DNA of 64,000 nt from Pseudogymnoascus verrucosus (taxonomy: Eukaryota): NCBI GenBank assembly GCA_001662655.1, contig KV460234.1; one strand, written 5' to 3'. This document shows, one piece after another, positions 61,601 to 64,000 of the stretch. Each line of letters starts with the position of its first letter. Positions within the stretch are counted from its first letter, which is position 1. The position numbers and the translations under genes were made by a program. The notes beneath the pieces are model-generated. The model ran no database searches. It had not been told where the DNA came from and worked only from the letters and a program-made list of their open reading frames with translations.

Positions 61601-62231
61601 TTGATTTATTGGTTGTCGTTCCACGGGAGATCAGTTCCAATTGTCGCTTCTGCAGCAAAGTTCGGCCCAGTCGAAGGCCATATGGCACGAGCTCGAGTTT
61701 AGTCGATATAATTTTGAACAGGAGGGCTAAGACAGCAGGTACCGCAGAGAGGAGTGAATCGTTGTTTGACTGGGCTGCGAAGCTCCATGTTTGCATAATA
61801 TCCGATAGATATACTGCAGCCTTATCCTCTTCGTCCGTCGTAATTTGCGCTTGAAGATATTCTTGGAGAATAGGAAGGCGGTTGGATTGCTCCTCACCCA
61901 GGAGGCCATCAAGGAAAGCTTTGAAGGATTGAATTCCTGTCGGATGTTAGGATGGTATTTTAAGTATTGACGGGGCCATGAAATAATATGGTGATGGGAG
62001 ATACAGCCGTCAGAGTATCTAAGGGCTGCCAAACGAATTAAAATATATCGAGAAATACGTACCATGCTTTCCTCTTGCTAGATCCTGATCGAAACCCAGC
62101 AATTGCTGCAGTTGCCTCCCAGATTGAATTTCTTGCTGGGTATTCACTGTTTTTAGTCCATGGGACAATTTCTGGCGCTTCAGATAGGCATCATGCCCAT
62201 CTCCGATGTCGACTGGTGCACGTTTTGACAT
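58671..62231 (-). CDS. URB1: Ribosome biogenesis protein Npa1/Urb1
   Basis: Exons 62231-62063 and 61936-58671. Long alpha-helical ORF with QTWSFA, FDGG, RKPSVRTNA, LRPW, IESILPQP and FGVVSWL motifs recognised as Npa1/Urb1-like. Confidence 0.82.
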
Positions 62232-62697
62232 ACTTGCTGAGATTCCCACAAGGTTGTCGCATTTATTTCGCGCGCCAATTCGAGAAAATCATATCGATAG
62301 CGGTTTTGGCTGGCAGAAAGCAAGCTTCTAGCCCGATATGGTGACTTATTATTCTGCCCGGTATCGCCGCTTATGCTAAATCAAATTTGGTTACAGTGGT
62401 TCTGTGGGGACCCAGTCCCCGAAACTTGTACCATGGAACTGTTCGGATTATGTGGGATTAATTGTTGCAAGGGGAGGGAGAGAGGCACTGTGTCGTCTCG
62501 ATACTCAAAACAAAACTCATGGATTGGCAATAATAAGGGTGCTTGTTACTCTAAAATAAAGACACTGCGCTCGTTAACTTGTTGAATACAGTTAAAACTA
62601 CAAACCAGAACCCTGGAGTCAGCTGCTCCATCTCCAAACCTGAACGCCCAAGCCAAATTTCGCCCTCGTAGTATCGCCCGCGTAGAATATGCTGCTT

Positions 62698-63475
62698 TCA
62701 GCCAATGCATTTCGACCATCCAGGCAGGCCGCATCCAAAGCCAACAAACAAATATATCAAGAAGATGGCTACCAACACAAGCAGCGCCATCAACTTGGCA
62801 TTCTTCCACCACATCCTCCTCCTTAGTCCCTTACTTCTAACCCTGAAGTCGTGTGCGCTTCCCCCAAGCCTGTCGGTTTTATCAACCAAGAGATCAATTC
62901 GCTCGCCTCTCTCCAGGACCCTCTCAATGTTCTCCGTCATGATGCCTCTCACATTCTCGATTTCGTTGTGCACGTTGCTTATCGCATCTTGCTTCCCACT
63001 CTGTGTCGTTCCATAGTCCACCATCAACTTCTTCAGCTCGCCATTGAAGCTCGCAGCTCCATAGTTCGGAAGGGAGGCGAAATCGGTTGCTGAGGGCTCG
63101 AACTGAGAGAGAAAGCGGTTCTTGATCTCCACGAGGAAGCCAAATGGGATGCGACGGCCAACAGATGAGTGTGCGACAACGAGGTAGGTAAGGCCACCTG
63201 CCGTGGGGCTATCTGGGTACTCTGATGGGGCCGAGGCTATATAGTGGACGAAGTTGTCGTTATGAGTGTAAGTCAATTTCTGTGGAGTTGCGTGTGATAT
63301 TTTCGGAAGAATAAGTGAGGCTAGAGATGAAGTTGAGGATGCGCCAGGTGTAGTGTGTTCTGAAAGGATGGTGGTGTTATGGGCAATACAGGCGCTGAAA
63401 CGGTTAGAACGTTCGACTTGGGGTTCAAGAGACTCACTACAAGAGAGGCGTCGGGGGGGTAGATGAAGATGCCAT
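62698..63475 (-). CDS. Longin R-SNARE (VAMP7/Nyv1-like synaptobrevin)
   Basis: Exons 63475-63438 and 63394-62698. Longin domain (GRRIPFGFL), SNARE motif ENIERVLERGERIDLLVDKT and C-terminal TM helix. Confidence 0.92.
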
Positions 63476-64000
63476 GGTTCCAACTCTGGCTTCCGCTATT
63501 TAACCATGCAATTCTTAGCTTGTAGATGTCTTGCCTTGTTATTCTGAACAGTGTTGTGATTAACCTAGTCTGGTTTCTGCCTGGTAGAGTAAGTCGATGC
63601 GAGGTTGCTCATGACGTCCATGCATGGAAATTAGTTATTCCGCCCGAACATTGACCTCCCTTGGTCCCTTAACTTTTTTACCACTCTGGCTTGCCTTTTG
63701 TCGTGGGAATAACATCTATTGTACTGAACGGAGAAGAACTGCCAGATGGTACTGGCCACACAGAGAGGCGGGGCTTGCTTCTTCTGCACTTTTCGCTCTG
63801 CTGAGTTACGATTTATCAGGCCAGCCACAACCAATGTCAAGAGACACTTTTCGACTGGGCGCGTTCAATCGGGCATATTGGACGACTTATTGAGCCCCTC
63901 ACGAAACCCACCACCCGTCACTCGCACTGAGAAGAGAGACACTGAGCGAAGACTTAGGGGCAAGAGAAAGGGAGACCGTCACGCAATTTACGATGGTTCG

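Noticed and set aside
1..64000. tRNA, rRNA or CRISPR arrays
   Set aside because: None recognisable by eye; the repeats found lack constant-repeat/unique-spacer organisation.

Overview
Intron-containing genomic DNA of a filamentous ascomycete. GTRAGT donors, CTAAC branch points and short introns point to Pezizomycotina; a Leotiomycete such as Pseudogymnoascus is plausible but not provable from the sequence. About 1-19 kb is accessory-like: 3' end of an MFS transporter, an arrestin-like gene, a ~3 kb array of degenerate repeats, a frameshifted fungal NLR (SesB-like hydrolase + two NACHT P-loops + ankyrins), a spliced 64-aa microprotein, and an FAD monooxygenase with a premature stop divergent from a VOC/glyoxalase gene. 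The rest is gene-dense: TAP42, Dicer-like 1, pyrABCN/URA2 (one intron is tandemly duplicated internally), a kinase-like gene, two divergent genes sharing a His-rich motif (one built from duplicated symmetric exons), TSC1, PEX12, mitochondrial uL23, an MT-A70/METTL4-like methyltransferase, a LEU5-like carrier, an Rds1-like gene, NPA1/URB1 and a VAMP7/Nyv1 SNARE. The most striking feature is a class I (Rpd3-like) histone deacetylase fused in frame to a C-terminal Zn(II)2Cys6 DNA-binding cluster. Exon boundaries were read by eye; no database search was possible.
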